Shown here: piece after piece, positions 10,847 to 19,007 of the stretch | Position numbering within the stretch: position 1 is the stretch's first letter | Layout of the letters: each line of letters opens with the position of its first letter | Assembly (NCBI GenBank): GCA_965216755.1 | Contig: CBDCGL010000011.1 | Location: 2,048,001-2,112,000, forward strand | DNA: 64,000 bases | Source of the DNA: Alphaproteobacteria bacterium | GTDB taxonomy: Bacteria; Pseudomonadota; Alphaproteobacteria; UBA7887 | Direction: 5' to 3' | Translations under genes and position numbers: made by a program | Notes under the pieces: generated by a model | Database searches by the model: none | Seen by the model: the letters and a program-made list of their open reading frames with translations, nothing else | What the model was told of the DNA's origin: nothing

Positions 10847-11725
10847 ATGGCCGCGCCCGAAAGACAACTCGAACTGCTCACGATGTGGCTGCAAAGACAG
10901 CTGCCGGTTGTGGCACGTGGCTGGCTGGATGCGCAACTAGACAAGTTGCGGAAAGATCCGTCGGAAAAGGCTTTGCACATTTTCTTGGGCATGGCACCGC
11001 GGAAGATTGGACGAGACGATTTGGCGCTGAGCGAGCAAGATCTCGCCGCCGCGCAAGATGTCAGAACGGGCTGGGACCCGACGGGTTGGACAGTCGATCA
11101 GACCGCGCGCATTCTTGCATTGTGTCAAACTGGCCTGATCGGAAGTGCGTTTGCCGCCCTGTTCGCCGATCTGTGTCGAACGGCCGAAGTGCAAGAAGCC
11201 ATTGCGTTCTATCGCGGCCTGCCGCTGTACCCTGATCCGGAGCTCCTGGAACTGCAAGCGGCCGAGGGATTGCGTACCAATGTGCGCGCCATATTCGAGG
11301 CCGTCGCCCATCGCAATCCTTATCCGCGTGAGGTGTTCAACGAAGATCGTTGGAATCAAATGGTCCTGAAAGCCCTGTTTATCGGCAGTACGCTCGATCC
11401 GATCCAAGGGCTGGATGAACGGGCGAACGCCATATTGGCGCGCATTCTACGCGATTTCGCACACGAGCGATGGGCAGCAGGTCGACAGATCGCACCTGAA
11501 TTGTGGCGCTGTGTTGGACCATTTTCCGATGGTGAAACACTGGCTGATTTTGAGCGGCTGATGGAAAGCGACAGCGATAGTGACCGGGAAGCAGCCGCCC
11601 TGGCGCTTGCTGCAAGTCCGGCACCGGACGCACGGCAGTATCTGATCCGCATGCCCGAACTTGCGTTGGCTGTCGAGAGCGGCGCCTTGACATGGCAAAA
11701 TCTTTCAGACGGCGCCACCGCATGA
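10847..11725 (+). CDS. eboA: EboA domain protein
   Basis: GWTVDQTAR, EGLRTN, FEAVAHRNPYP, WNQMVLKALF, AHERWAAGR; directly upstream of eboB. Confidence 0.88.
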   Translation: MAAPERQLELLTMWLQRQLPVVARGWLDAQLDKLRKDPSEKALHIFLGMAPRKIGRDDLALSEQDLAAAQDVRTGWDPTGWTVDQTARILALCQTGLIGSAFAALFADLCRTAEVQEAIAFYRGLPLYPDPELLELQAAEGLRTNVRAIFEAVAHRNPYPREVFNEDRWNQMVLKALFIGSTLDPIQGLDERANAILARILRDFAHERWAAGRQIAPELWRCVGPFSDGETLADFERLMESDSDSDREAAALALAASPAPDARQYLIRMPELALAVESGALTWQNLSDGATA

Positions 11726-11783
11726 GAATGGCGGAGCTTAGCTGGCAACGGCGAGCCATGGTTCGCCGTAAGGAGACGTGATA

Positions 11784-12710
11784 ATGCAATTGATCGACCC
11801 GCACGCGCATATGCTTTCGCGCACCACGGACGACTATGAAGCCATGGCTGCGGCCGGAATCGTCGCCGTCATCGAACCCGCATTTTGGCTCGGCCAACCC
11901 CGAACCAATGTGGGTTCCTACATCGACTATTTGTCCGCCCTACTTGGTTTTGAACGTTTCCGCGCTGGGCAATTCGGAATCCGACACTATTGCACGATTG
12001 GTCTCAACTCCAAGGAAGCCAACAACGAAGAACTTGCCGAAGCTGTCATGGAAATACTGCCGCGATTCGCTCTCAAAGAAGGCGTGGTCGCCATCGGCGA
12101 AATTGGCTATGACGAACAAACCGATTTGGAGGACAAGTACTATAGGTTGCAACTTGAGCTCGCCAAAGAGCTCGACCTGCCGATCATGATCCACACGCCC
12201 CATCGCGACAAGAAACGCGGCACGACACGATCAATGGATGTGATCGAAGAACACGGCATCCCGGCTTCCAAAGTGGTTATCGACCACAACAACGAGGAAA
12301 CGGTTGCGGAAGTTCTTGATCGCGGTTTCTGGGCCGCATTTTCGATCTACCCAAGCACAAAGATGGGCAACGCCCGAATGGTGCAGATTCTTCGCCGCTA
12401 CGGCGCGGAACGCATCATTGTTGACTCCGCCTGCGACTGGGGAATTTCGGAGCCCCTCGGTGTCGCGAAAACAGCGAAGTTGGCATTGGAAAGAGGCATT
12501 CCGGAGTCCGTTGTTCACCTTGCTTGCTACAAGAACGCGCTTGATGCCTATGGACAAAGCGGGCAGCTGCAGGAAGATGACTGGCTCAATCCGCCGTCGA
12601 TCGATCAGCGCACGGTTTATGAAGGCAATTCGATCCTTCGCGGTGGCCGAGAGCCCGTGGTCGCGGAAGGCCGCAATCGGCGCACAATGGAGGAACTCAT
12701 AATCGAGTAA
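11784..12710 (+). CDS. eboB: EboB, TatD-family hydrolase
   Basis: DPHAHM.SRTTDDY, EPAFWLGQPRT, GEIG, HTPHRDK, DHNNE, DSACDWG; AGGAG RBS. Confidence 0.92.
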   Translation: MQLIDPHAHMLSRTTDDYEAMAAAGIVAVIEPAFWLGQPRTNVGSYIDYLSALLGFERFRAGQFGIRHYCTIGLNSKEANNEELAEAVMEILPRFALKEGVVAIGEIGYDEQTDLEDKYYRLQLELAKELDLPIMIHTPHRDKKRGTTRSMDVIEEHGIPASKVVIDHNNEETVAEVLDRGFWAAFSIYPSTKMGNARMVQILRRYGAERIIVDSACDWGISEPLGVAKTAKLALERGIPESVVHLACYKNALDAYGQSGQLQEDDWLNPPSIDQRTVYEGNSILRGGREPVVAEGRNRRTMEELIIE

Positions 12711-12803
12711 GCGCGATTGCGTGCTGTGAGGCTTGCGTCTGACAGACCAATAAAGCGATAGGGGCGAACGCCCGCACACTTGCCTGCACAAACGAGAGCG
12801 GTG

Positions 12804-12836
12804 AAAAAAGGGGCAGCAACATTCTGCTGCCCCTTT
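12804..12836 (-). terminator. intrinsic terminator for the cytochrome c-propeller transcript (possibly bidirectional)
   Basis: AAAAAAGGGGCAGCA-ACATTC-TGCTGCCCCTTT, a perfect 12-bp stem followed by a U6 run on the minus strand, between convergent genes. Confidence 0.85.
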
Positions 12837-12857
12837 CGTCATGTTTGTCCTGCGGTC

Positions 12858-14501
12858 TTAGCCGCCGGTGTGCGTAATGGTCCAGACCAAACCGGAGCCT
12901 TTGGTCGTATAGAACGGTGACGGCATCTCAAAATCAACGTAGACCTCGCCGTAATCGACGACGTACATGGTCTTGCCGTCATTGGAGAAGACAACGTCGT
13001 TTGGCCGCTCCAGGCCGCCCCGATTTTCTTCCTTTTGATAGGCGTTGGGGCCCGGTTCAATATTCTGCGCAAAGGCCGTCCAGCGCACACCCGTGGGTTC
13101 CAGGAACTCAACCTGAAGGATCATTGGCCAGGTCGGGATGAGGCTTTCCGGACCCGTGTCCAGAATGCCGTAGACGGCGCCGAACAAATCATTGTCCGCA
13201 CCAAAATTGCTCGCGCTCCAAGCAATTCCATCGATCGGGTTGTTGGTATCCCATTCCAGAACCGGGTTGATATAGCCGTCCGGATTCGGGTTAGCGGCAA
13301 TCAACGGAACACCGCGGTTGCCCTCAACATGCGGTTGGAACCGGTATGGGAAATCCGGCGGAATGAACGGCTTGTCGCCGATATAGAGGTTTGGATACGG
13401 CCGGTCGACCTTGGCGCCGTCATAAGTGCGCCAGCCGAACCGCTTGTTCGAGACAAAATTAAAACCTTCCTTGTCCGGGAAGCCCGCGTCTTGTCCCATC
13501 TCGGTAACGACCCACAGCTTTTCGGCACCATTGGCAACACGTCGATTACCGAGATCGTTGGCGCCATTATCGGACACGGCCAGTGCGTTCTCCCACTTGG
13601 TCCCCGCCGGTCCAAAGGCTATGCCGGCCTGATTTCTGAATCCCCAGGCATAGTTCTCCATCTTGTCGTGGGGGAAAATGCCGTCATCACCCTGATCCGA
13701 AAACTTGACGCGGATCACGGACCCGTGGCACGGGGTTTGTGCCTTGATGACCATGCCGGGTTCCGCGGGCACACCGACCGGCAGCAACGCACCTGTCAAA
13801 CGGCCATCGCTCGAACGCACGTTGAGGCCCGTATGGACCATGTCACGGCACACGGCGTCGTGTGGTGTGGTACCGTGGCCGTCATTGTGCTTTACCCAAT
13901 ACGGATCGTTCGGCACATCGGTCCAGCCATGATTGTCCGGATCGGCAAAACCGGTATTGCTCGGAAACCCGAGGGCAAAATACAGATAACCGTCTTTGCA
14001 AGTGACACCGCCGTTGCGATGGTCACCGACCATCAGGTCTTTAACCACCAGTTTCGGCTCACCCTCAACGCCGTCAATCTCAAAGATCTTCTCGCCATAT
14101 TCCGGCACGTACACTTTGCCGTTCTCCGGGCAATAGCCGATCTCGTTCATCACCGTCGTGAACGTTCCGATGCCGATGTCACGCAAGTGGTTGCCGCTGG
14201 GATCAAAGACCTTGACATGTGGCGGATCGATTTCGTCAAGACCACCAAATAGCGGTCCTGAAATCGCCACCCAAAGATTGCCGTCACCGTCAATGGTTGC
14301 CGCCGATGGCGTGTCAAGACCAGAGACAAACACGCCGACCTCGTAGCCGTCGGGCACCACAACCTTTGACGGATCTGGCGTGATTGCCTTGCGTTTTTCC
14401 CAGCCGCCGGACTCGCCTGTTCCTTCCATGTCTGCCATGGCCATGCCGGCCGATAGGCAAACAGAGAAGGCAACGAGCGCCGTGAGCCTGCGTCCCTTCA
14501 T
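12858..14501 (-). CDS. secreted glucose/sorbosone dehydrogenase-like beta-propeller oxidoreductase
   Basis: Signal peptide (MKGRRLTALVAFSVCLSAGMAMA); VPDGYEVGVFVSGL, GDH, AWGFRN, DNG, GGLERPNDV, YVVDYG motifs; GGGAGG RBS. Confidence 0.72.
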   Translation of the reverse strand: MKGRRLTALVAFSVCLSAGMAMADMEGTGESGGWEKRKAITPDPSKVVVPDGYEVGVFVSGLDTPSAATIDGDGNLWVAISGPLFGGLDEIDPPHVKVFDPSGNHLRDIGIGTFTTVMNEIGYCPENGKVYVPEYGEKIFEIDGVEGEPKLVVKDLMVGDHRNGGVTCKDGYLYFALGFPSNTGFADPDNHGWTDVPNDPYWVKHNDGHGTTPHDAVCRDMVHTGLNVRSSDGRLTGALLPVGVPAEPGMVIKAQTPCHGSVIRVKFSDQGDDGIFPHDKMENYAWGFRNQAGIAFGPAGTKWENALAVSDNGANDLGNRRVANGAEKLWVVTEMGQDAGFPDKEGFNFVSNKRFGWRTYDGAKVDRPYPNLYIGDKPFIPPDFPYRFQPHVEGNRGVPLIAANPNPDGYINPVLEWDTNNPIDGIAWSASNFGADNDLFGAVYGILDTGPESLIPTWPMILQVEFLEPTGVRWTAFAQNIEPGPNAYQKEENRGGLERPNDVVFSNDGKTMYVVDYGEVYVDFEMPSPFYTTKGSGLVWTITHTGG

Positions 14502-14534
14502 GTTAACCTCCCTTACTGTGAGCTCAAATCACGC

Positions 14535-14885
14535 TCAATACAGGGTCAGGCTACGGATGTAGGAGACAATGTCCTTGATGTCGCTATCGGAAAGAACACT
14601 CTCCCAAGCCGGCATATACCCACTCTTGCCGACTTCCGGCCCGCCCTTCGAAATGACCTGAACCAAATATTCATCCGGTAACAGGTCCACATACCCCCGC
14701 CTGGTCAGTGTATCGACATGGGGCATGAACGTTTTCGCCGCGCCGCGACCTTTTTCACCGTGGCAGCCCGCACAGTGCTGAATGAACAAAGCAGCGCCCT
14801 GCTCCACATCCTCGGCAGCAGCCGGCTGTGCTGCAATAAATGCAGCCCAGGCAAGCATCACGCACGCCAATCCGATTGACCGCAT
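14535..14885 (-). CDS. periplasmic monoheme cytochrome c
   Basis: Signal peptide, CAGCH heme motif, distal MPAW Met ligand; AAGGAG RBS before ATG 14885. Confidence 0.9.
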   Translation of the reverse strand: MRSIGLACVMLAWAAFIAAQPAAAEDVEQGAALFIQHCAGCHGEKGRGAAKTFMPHVDTLTRRGYVDLLPDEYLVQVISKGGPEVGKSGYMPAWESVLSDSDIKDIVSYIRSLTLY

Positions 14886-15295
14886 GTCAGCACTCCTTGG
14901 ACTCTTCCTGATTTCGTCTGTCAAATCTCGCGGCAGTTTGTCAGCATCTTACTTGAACCGAACCGAGCTTCAGAGCCGCTCCGCTCCGGATCATCGTTAT
15001 GTCTTGAAAAGCGCCATGGGGCCATGTCCAATTTTGCCGATCCCACCGCAATTCTAGGCGTAACTCACCGCGCCGCATCACCCAATTGGAATTATTGTGC
15101 CGCCCACTTGATTTGGTGTTCATGACGCCCGCGACCGCCAAAGCCATTTGCAGCAGCGTAGTGCGCGTACCACAGCATGGTCAATGTAGATTTCGTGACT
15201 CACGTACCTATTTCAAGTCGCAGCTTGGACAGTCTGGTACGCCATTTCGACAGCTTTGTCGGGCGGTGCCATTTCAACCAAGTTTTGCTATCCGC

Positions 15296-15311
15296 AGCAA
15301 ATTCTTTTCCA
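15296..15311 (-). promoter_or_regulatory. possible sigma54-type -24/-12 promoter for the cytochrome c-propeller operon
   Basis: Minus strand TGGAAAAGAATTTGCT (GG-N10-GC, TTGCT), but about 410 bp from the ATG. Confidence 0.25.
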
Positions 15312-15596
15312 TCGCAGCCTTCTCGATGAACACATGCCGCACCGGTTGGCACGTGTCTGTCCAACTGCACGAAAGCACCAACAATTGGTCGAGATCCATT
15401 CTGATGTCGGACCGCGTCTTCGATCCGATACCGGACTACACGACATCACCGAGTTTGCCCTCAAACCGCGACCCAAACAAAAAAACAGCGCGACACGGCC
15501 AAACGCGACAGGGGGTTATCCATGACCGCGTTTCGCGAGGCCTTGACCTGTGTTCGTTTTATCAACAACGATTTGTTCCATAAGTAACGCCGCTGA

Positions 15597-16262
15597 CTAT
15601 CTCGCCTCCGGCGGCCGCGTGGTATCATGTTGCTGGCGCGACCCCAAGACCGGCCGAACGAGTAGAAACAAGACCGGCGGCACGACGGCGCTTGCCGCCA
15701 ACGCGAAGCCGGGCGTCAACTGCCCGGTGCTGCCCAACGCCGCAAAAGCGAACCCCAGCGGCACGGCACCGCAAGCCAACGCAGGGACGAATTTCTTTGC
15801 GGGCATGCGCGTCAGGCCAGCCATACACGCCACGACCTCGGGAAAAACCGGAAGCCAACGCGACAGCACGACCAGCCACATTCCGATCCCACCAGCGACC
15901 CGGCGACCCTCTGTTAGCCCTCTCTCACCCAACAACCGGCGCGCGACACGTTCGCCAAAGGCGCGGCAAAGCAGGTAGCCCGCAAGACCCGCAGCAACAG
16001 CGCCGATGGACGCCACAATTCCGCCAACAAGCGCGCCATAGATCATGCCCAACACCGTCATGATCGCGGTCGCAGGGATCGGCAGCACGAGGTCCGCGAC
16101 TAGTAGCCCTATCCCGACCGCCCAAGCCCAGCCGCCAAAGCCACGCAACCACTCTAGCGCCGCCGAAACGGAAAATGCGTCTTCCAGATGGCCGCCCCAG
16201 ATCAAGTACGGAACGATCACGAGTAGCGCGAGACTGAGAAAAACCGCCAACAGCCGTGCCAT
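15597..16262 (-). CDS. DedA/VTT (TVP38/TMEM64) family membrane protein
   Basis: LLVADLVLPIPAT, YGALVGG, SRWLPVFPE, AGLTRMP pattern; hydrophobic. Confidence 0.85.
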   Translation of the reverse strand: MARLLAVFLSLALLVIVPYLIWGGHLEDAFSVSAALEWLRGFGGWAWAVGIGLLVADLVLPIPATAIMTVLGMIYGALVGGIVASIGAVAAGLAGYLLCRAFGERVARRLLGERGLTEGRRVAGGIGMWLVVLSRWLPVFPEVVACMAGLTRMPAKKFVPALACGAVPLGFAFAALGSTGQLTPGFALAASAVVPPVLFLLVRPVLGSRQQHDTTRPPEAR

Positions 16263-16414
16263 ATGTCGTGACTTTCAAATGAATCGGGCCGGTACGCAGG
16301 TCGCGCCAAGCGCACATTCCCCTTGTGCCTTATGTCGGCACAATCACCGCGCGACCGATTCCTTTTCAGTCGTCGCACATTCATTCGTATAGCAACCCAT
16401 ATCACTGTTTCCCA

Positions 16415-17128
16415 CTACCATACTTCGTGATACGGCCGCAGTTCGACATCGAACGACCAAGCTGACCGATCTTGATGGGCAATGTGAAACATTTCATCGG
16501 CGATCGCACTCGGTTTCACAAAGAAATCATCGGGCTTGTCCGGTGCCATGCGTGGCCGTGTCCAGGGTGTGTCGATCATTGCATCGACCGTGACGTAGGC
16601 CACGTGAATACCCTTCGGGCCGAATTCGCGGGCCAAGGATTGTGCCAAGATTCGTTGTGCTGCCTTGGTCGGCGCGAAAATCGGCGTGTGCGGCTTACCG
16701 CGATGAGCCGACGTGTTCCCGGTGATCAGAATTGTGCCCTTCCCCGCCGCAATCATGTCCGGAATGACCGCCCGGCCGAGATAAAACAACGCGGTCGTGT
16801 TAATCCGGAAATTGTGTTCCAACAAGCTGGGATTCGCGTCGAGGAACTTGACCCAACCACCGCCGACCGCGTTGTGCAGCACCACCTGGGGCGCGCCCAT
16901 GTCCGCTTTGACCCGTGCGACCGTTGCGACCAAATGATCGAGATCGGCCACGTCACAGGCATAGCCCCGCGACCCCGGCAATTCGTTCTCGAACTTTCGC
17001 AAACGGTCTTCGGACCGCGCCAACATAGCGACACGATAGCCGCCATTGGCAAATCGCCGGGCCGCGGCGCCGCCGGTTCCCTCGCCGAGCCCGGTCACCA
17101 AAAAGACAGGTTGTTTGGCCTCGGTCAT
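16415..17128 (-). CDS. short-chain dehydrogenase/reductase
   Basis: TGLGEGTG, HNA, FAPTKAAQRILAQSLAREFGPKGIHV; GGAGGGG RBS before ATG 17128. Confidence 0.9.
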   Translation of the reverse strand: MTEAKQPVFLVTGLGEGTGGAAARRFANGGYRVAMLARSEDRLRKFENELPGSRGYACDVADLDHLVATVARVKADMGAPQVVLHNAVGGGWVKFLDANPSLLEHNFRINTTALFYLGRAVIPDMIAAGKGTILITGNTSAHRGKPHTPIFAPTKAAQRILAQSLAREFGPKGIHVAYVTVDAMIDTPWTRPRMAPDKPDDFFVKPSAIADEMFHIAHQDRSAWSFDVELRPYHEVW

Positions 17129-17223
17129 ACACCCCTCCATGTTCGCCCCACCACAGGGCCTTGTCGTCACAAGACGGTGAACATCCTATCGACTCGGTCA
17201 GGCTTGACTTGACCAAAGAGCGG

Positions 17224-17238
17224 GCACCGGCTGTGCCA
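17224..17238 (-). promoter_or_regulatory. possible sigma54 promoter of the SDR gene
   Basis: Minus strand TGGCACAGCCGGTGC: canonical TGGCAC with GG-N10-GC spacing, about 95 bp upstream of the ATG. Confidence 0.35.
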
Positions 17239-17336
17239 ACACGTCACATCGCCCCTGATAGCCGCATACGGTTCTGGTCCGTTGGTGGACAAGGCGGCAA
17301 CATGGGCAAAATCAACTACAGCTCGGAGTCAGCGTT

Positions 17337-17969
17337 GTGAAGCTTTACGATTTCGGCCCGGCCGCCAATTCCAAGCGCGTGCGCATGTTCCTGTCTGAGA
17401 AACAGCTCAAGATACCTGTTATCGAGCTGAATGTGCGTGACGACGCACAGTTCAAAGAACCCTACACCACCATGAACCCTTTCCATTGTGTACCGTTTCT
17501 TGAGCTGGATAACGGCACTGTGATAGCGGAGTCGATCTCAATTTGTCGCTATCTGGAAGAGCTGCACCCGGAGCCATCACTGTTCGGTCGGGACCCGGTG
17601 GAGCGGGCCATCATCGATATGTGGAATCGGCGGGTCGAGCTTGACGGTTTTATGCCGATTCTCCACGCGACTCGAAACAGCGTGCCGCTTTTCGCCGGTC
17701 GTGTCGTGCCGGGCACGCGCACAGACCTTCCACAGCTTCCGGTCATGGTCGAACGTGGCAAAGAAATGCTGGACATCTTTCTGGCGCGGCTCGAGCCCCA
17801 ATTGGCCAAGAACGATTTCGTCGCGGGTGCCAAAGTCAGCATCGCGGATATCACCTGCTATTTCGTCATCAACATGGCCAATCGGTTCGAGATGGATGTG
17901 GCAAGCCGCTATCCCGGCATACAGCGCTGGCACACAATGTTTTCAGCGCGGCCGAGTACGGAGGCATAG
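17337..17969 (+). CDS. glutathione S-transferase family protein
   Basis: MKLYDF, RVRMFLSEK, NPFHCVPFL, AESISICRYLE, SIADI. Confidence 0.92.
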   Translation: MKLYDFGPAANSKRVRMFLSEKQLKIPVIELNVRDDAQFKEPYTTMNPFHCVPFLELDNGTVIAESISICRYLEELHPEPSLFGRDPVERAIIDMWNRRVELDGFMPILHATRNSVPLFAGRVVPGTRTDLPQLPVMVERGKEMLDIFLARLEPQLAKNDFVAGAKVSIADITCYFVINMANRFEMDVASRYPGIQRWHTMFSARPSTEA

Positions 17970-18028
17970 AATCACCGGACATTGGCTTGGTCCGGAGCAA
18001 CCGACGACACCGCCCAAATCCTGAATCG

Positions 18029-18901
18029 ATGGACACCTTCAACACCATGACGAACGCACCCGCTGAAATTTCGGAAGGCGACGCCGAGGGCGAGATTCGG
18101 GTGCTCTATGAAGACATTCGATCGACCATGAATGTCGGCATGGTCAACCTGATTTACCGTCGAATGGCCATGGTCGATGGTCTGCTGGCGTGGGTTTGGG
18201 GCGCTATACGCCCGGCACTGACAACCGGCTGCGCCACGCGCGCATTGGCGACCCTCGAATCCAAAACCCACTGGCCGACCACGCCTGCAATCCCTGCCTC
18301 CACGTTCGCTGTGCTGGGCATCGACACACAAGACTTGGCGGCCATTACGCACATGCTCGGCGACTACAATCGCGGCAATGGACTCAATCTGTTTGTTCTG
18401 ACGGCACTGGCGGCAGCTTTGAACGCCAACGCACCCCACACAAAAAAAACGGCGGCAGACGTCGACGTCGGCCGCCATACGCCGCGGCCTTTGCCACCAA
18501 TCATTGCGATGAGCCAGATGGCGCCAGCAACATCCAACCTGGTGCGTGACCTGAGCACTCCCATCGCACCACCCGGAAAGCCGATGATTCCCAGCCTGTT
18601 TCGCCATTTGGCGCGCTGGCCCGGTTATCTGGCCGTCGTGGCGCCGACGATCATCCATCTCGCAAAATCGGGCGAACTATCGCAACTTTCCGGCGCCATT
18701 CAGCAAAAGGTATCTGGTGTCGCGGCTGACTTCAGTCAGGACATCGCTTTTCCACACGGCGTCGCCCCGCCGGACGCAGCAACACAAAAATATTGGCTTG
18801 ATCAATTGCATGCCTACACATCAAAACCGATTCCCGAGATGTTCGTCATAGGGCACGTTTTGCGTCGCGCCTTGCCAGAACCCCAAAACGCGCAGGGGTG
18901 A
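18029..18901 (+). CDS. DehI-like (group I haloacid dehalogenase fold) protein, function uncertain
   Basis: ISEGDAEGEIRVLYEDIR...VNLIYRRMA and a second half MIPSLFRHLARWPGYL suggest the two-repeat DehI architecture. Confidence 0.5.
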   Translation: MDTFNTMTNAPAEISEGDAEGEIRVLYEDIRSTMNVGMVNLIYRRMAMVDGLLAWVWGAIRPALTTGCATRALATLESKTHWPTTPAIPASTFAVLGIDTQDLAAITHMLGDYNRGNGLNLFVLTALAAALNANAPHTKKTAADVDVGRHTPRPLPPIIAMSQMAPATSNLVRDLSTPIAPPGKPMIPSLFRHLARWPGYLAVVAPTIIHLAKSGELSQLSGAIQQKVSGVAADFSQDIAFPHGVAPPDAATQKYWLDQLHAYTSKPIPEMFVIGHVLRRALPEPQNAQG

Positions 18902-19007
18902 CTCAACGAAGCCGGCCATCTTCATCATCGCGCAAGCGGTTTACTATGATGGCAATGGGGCCAAATGGCGCCTTCAGAACGAAGCTTCGTTTGGGAAGGA
19001 GACCCTT

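Noticed and set aside
13035-14252. 405-aa + strand ORF and similar long antisense ORFs (e.g. 38824-39777, 48882-49712)
   Set aside because: Shadow frames of well-supported genes on the opposite strand in GC-rich DNA
14941-15583. Short ORFs between cytochrome c and DedA
   Set aside because: No motifs, no RBS, mutually overlapping; treated as intergenic
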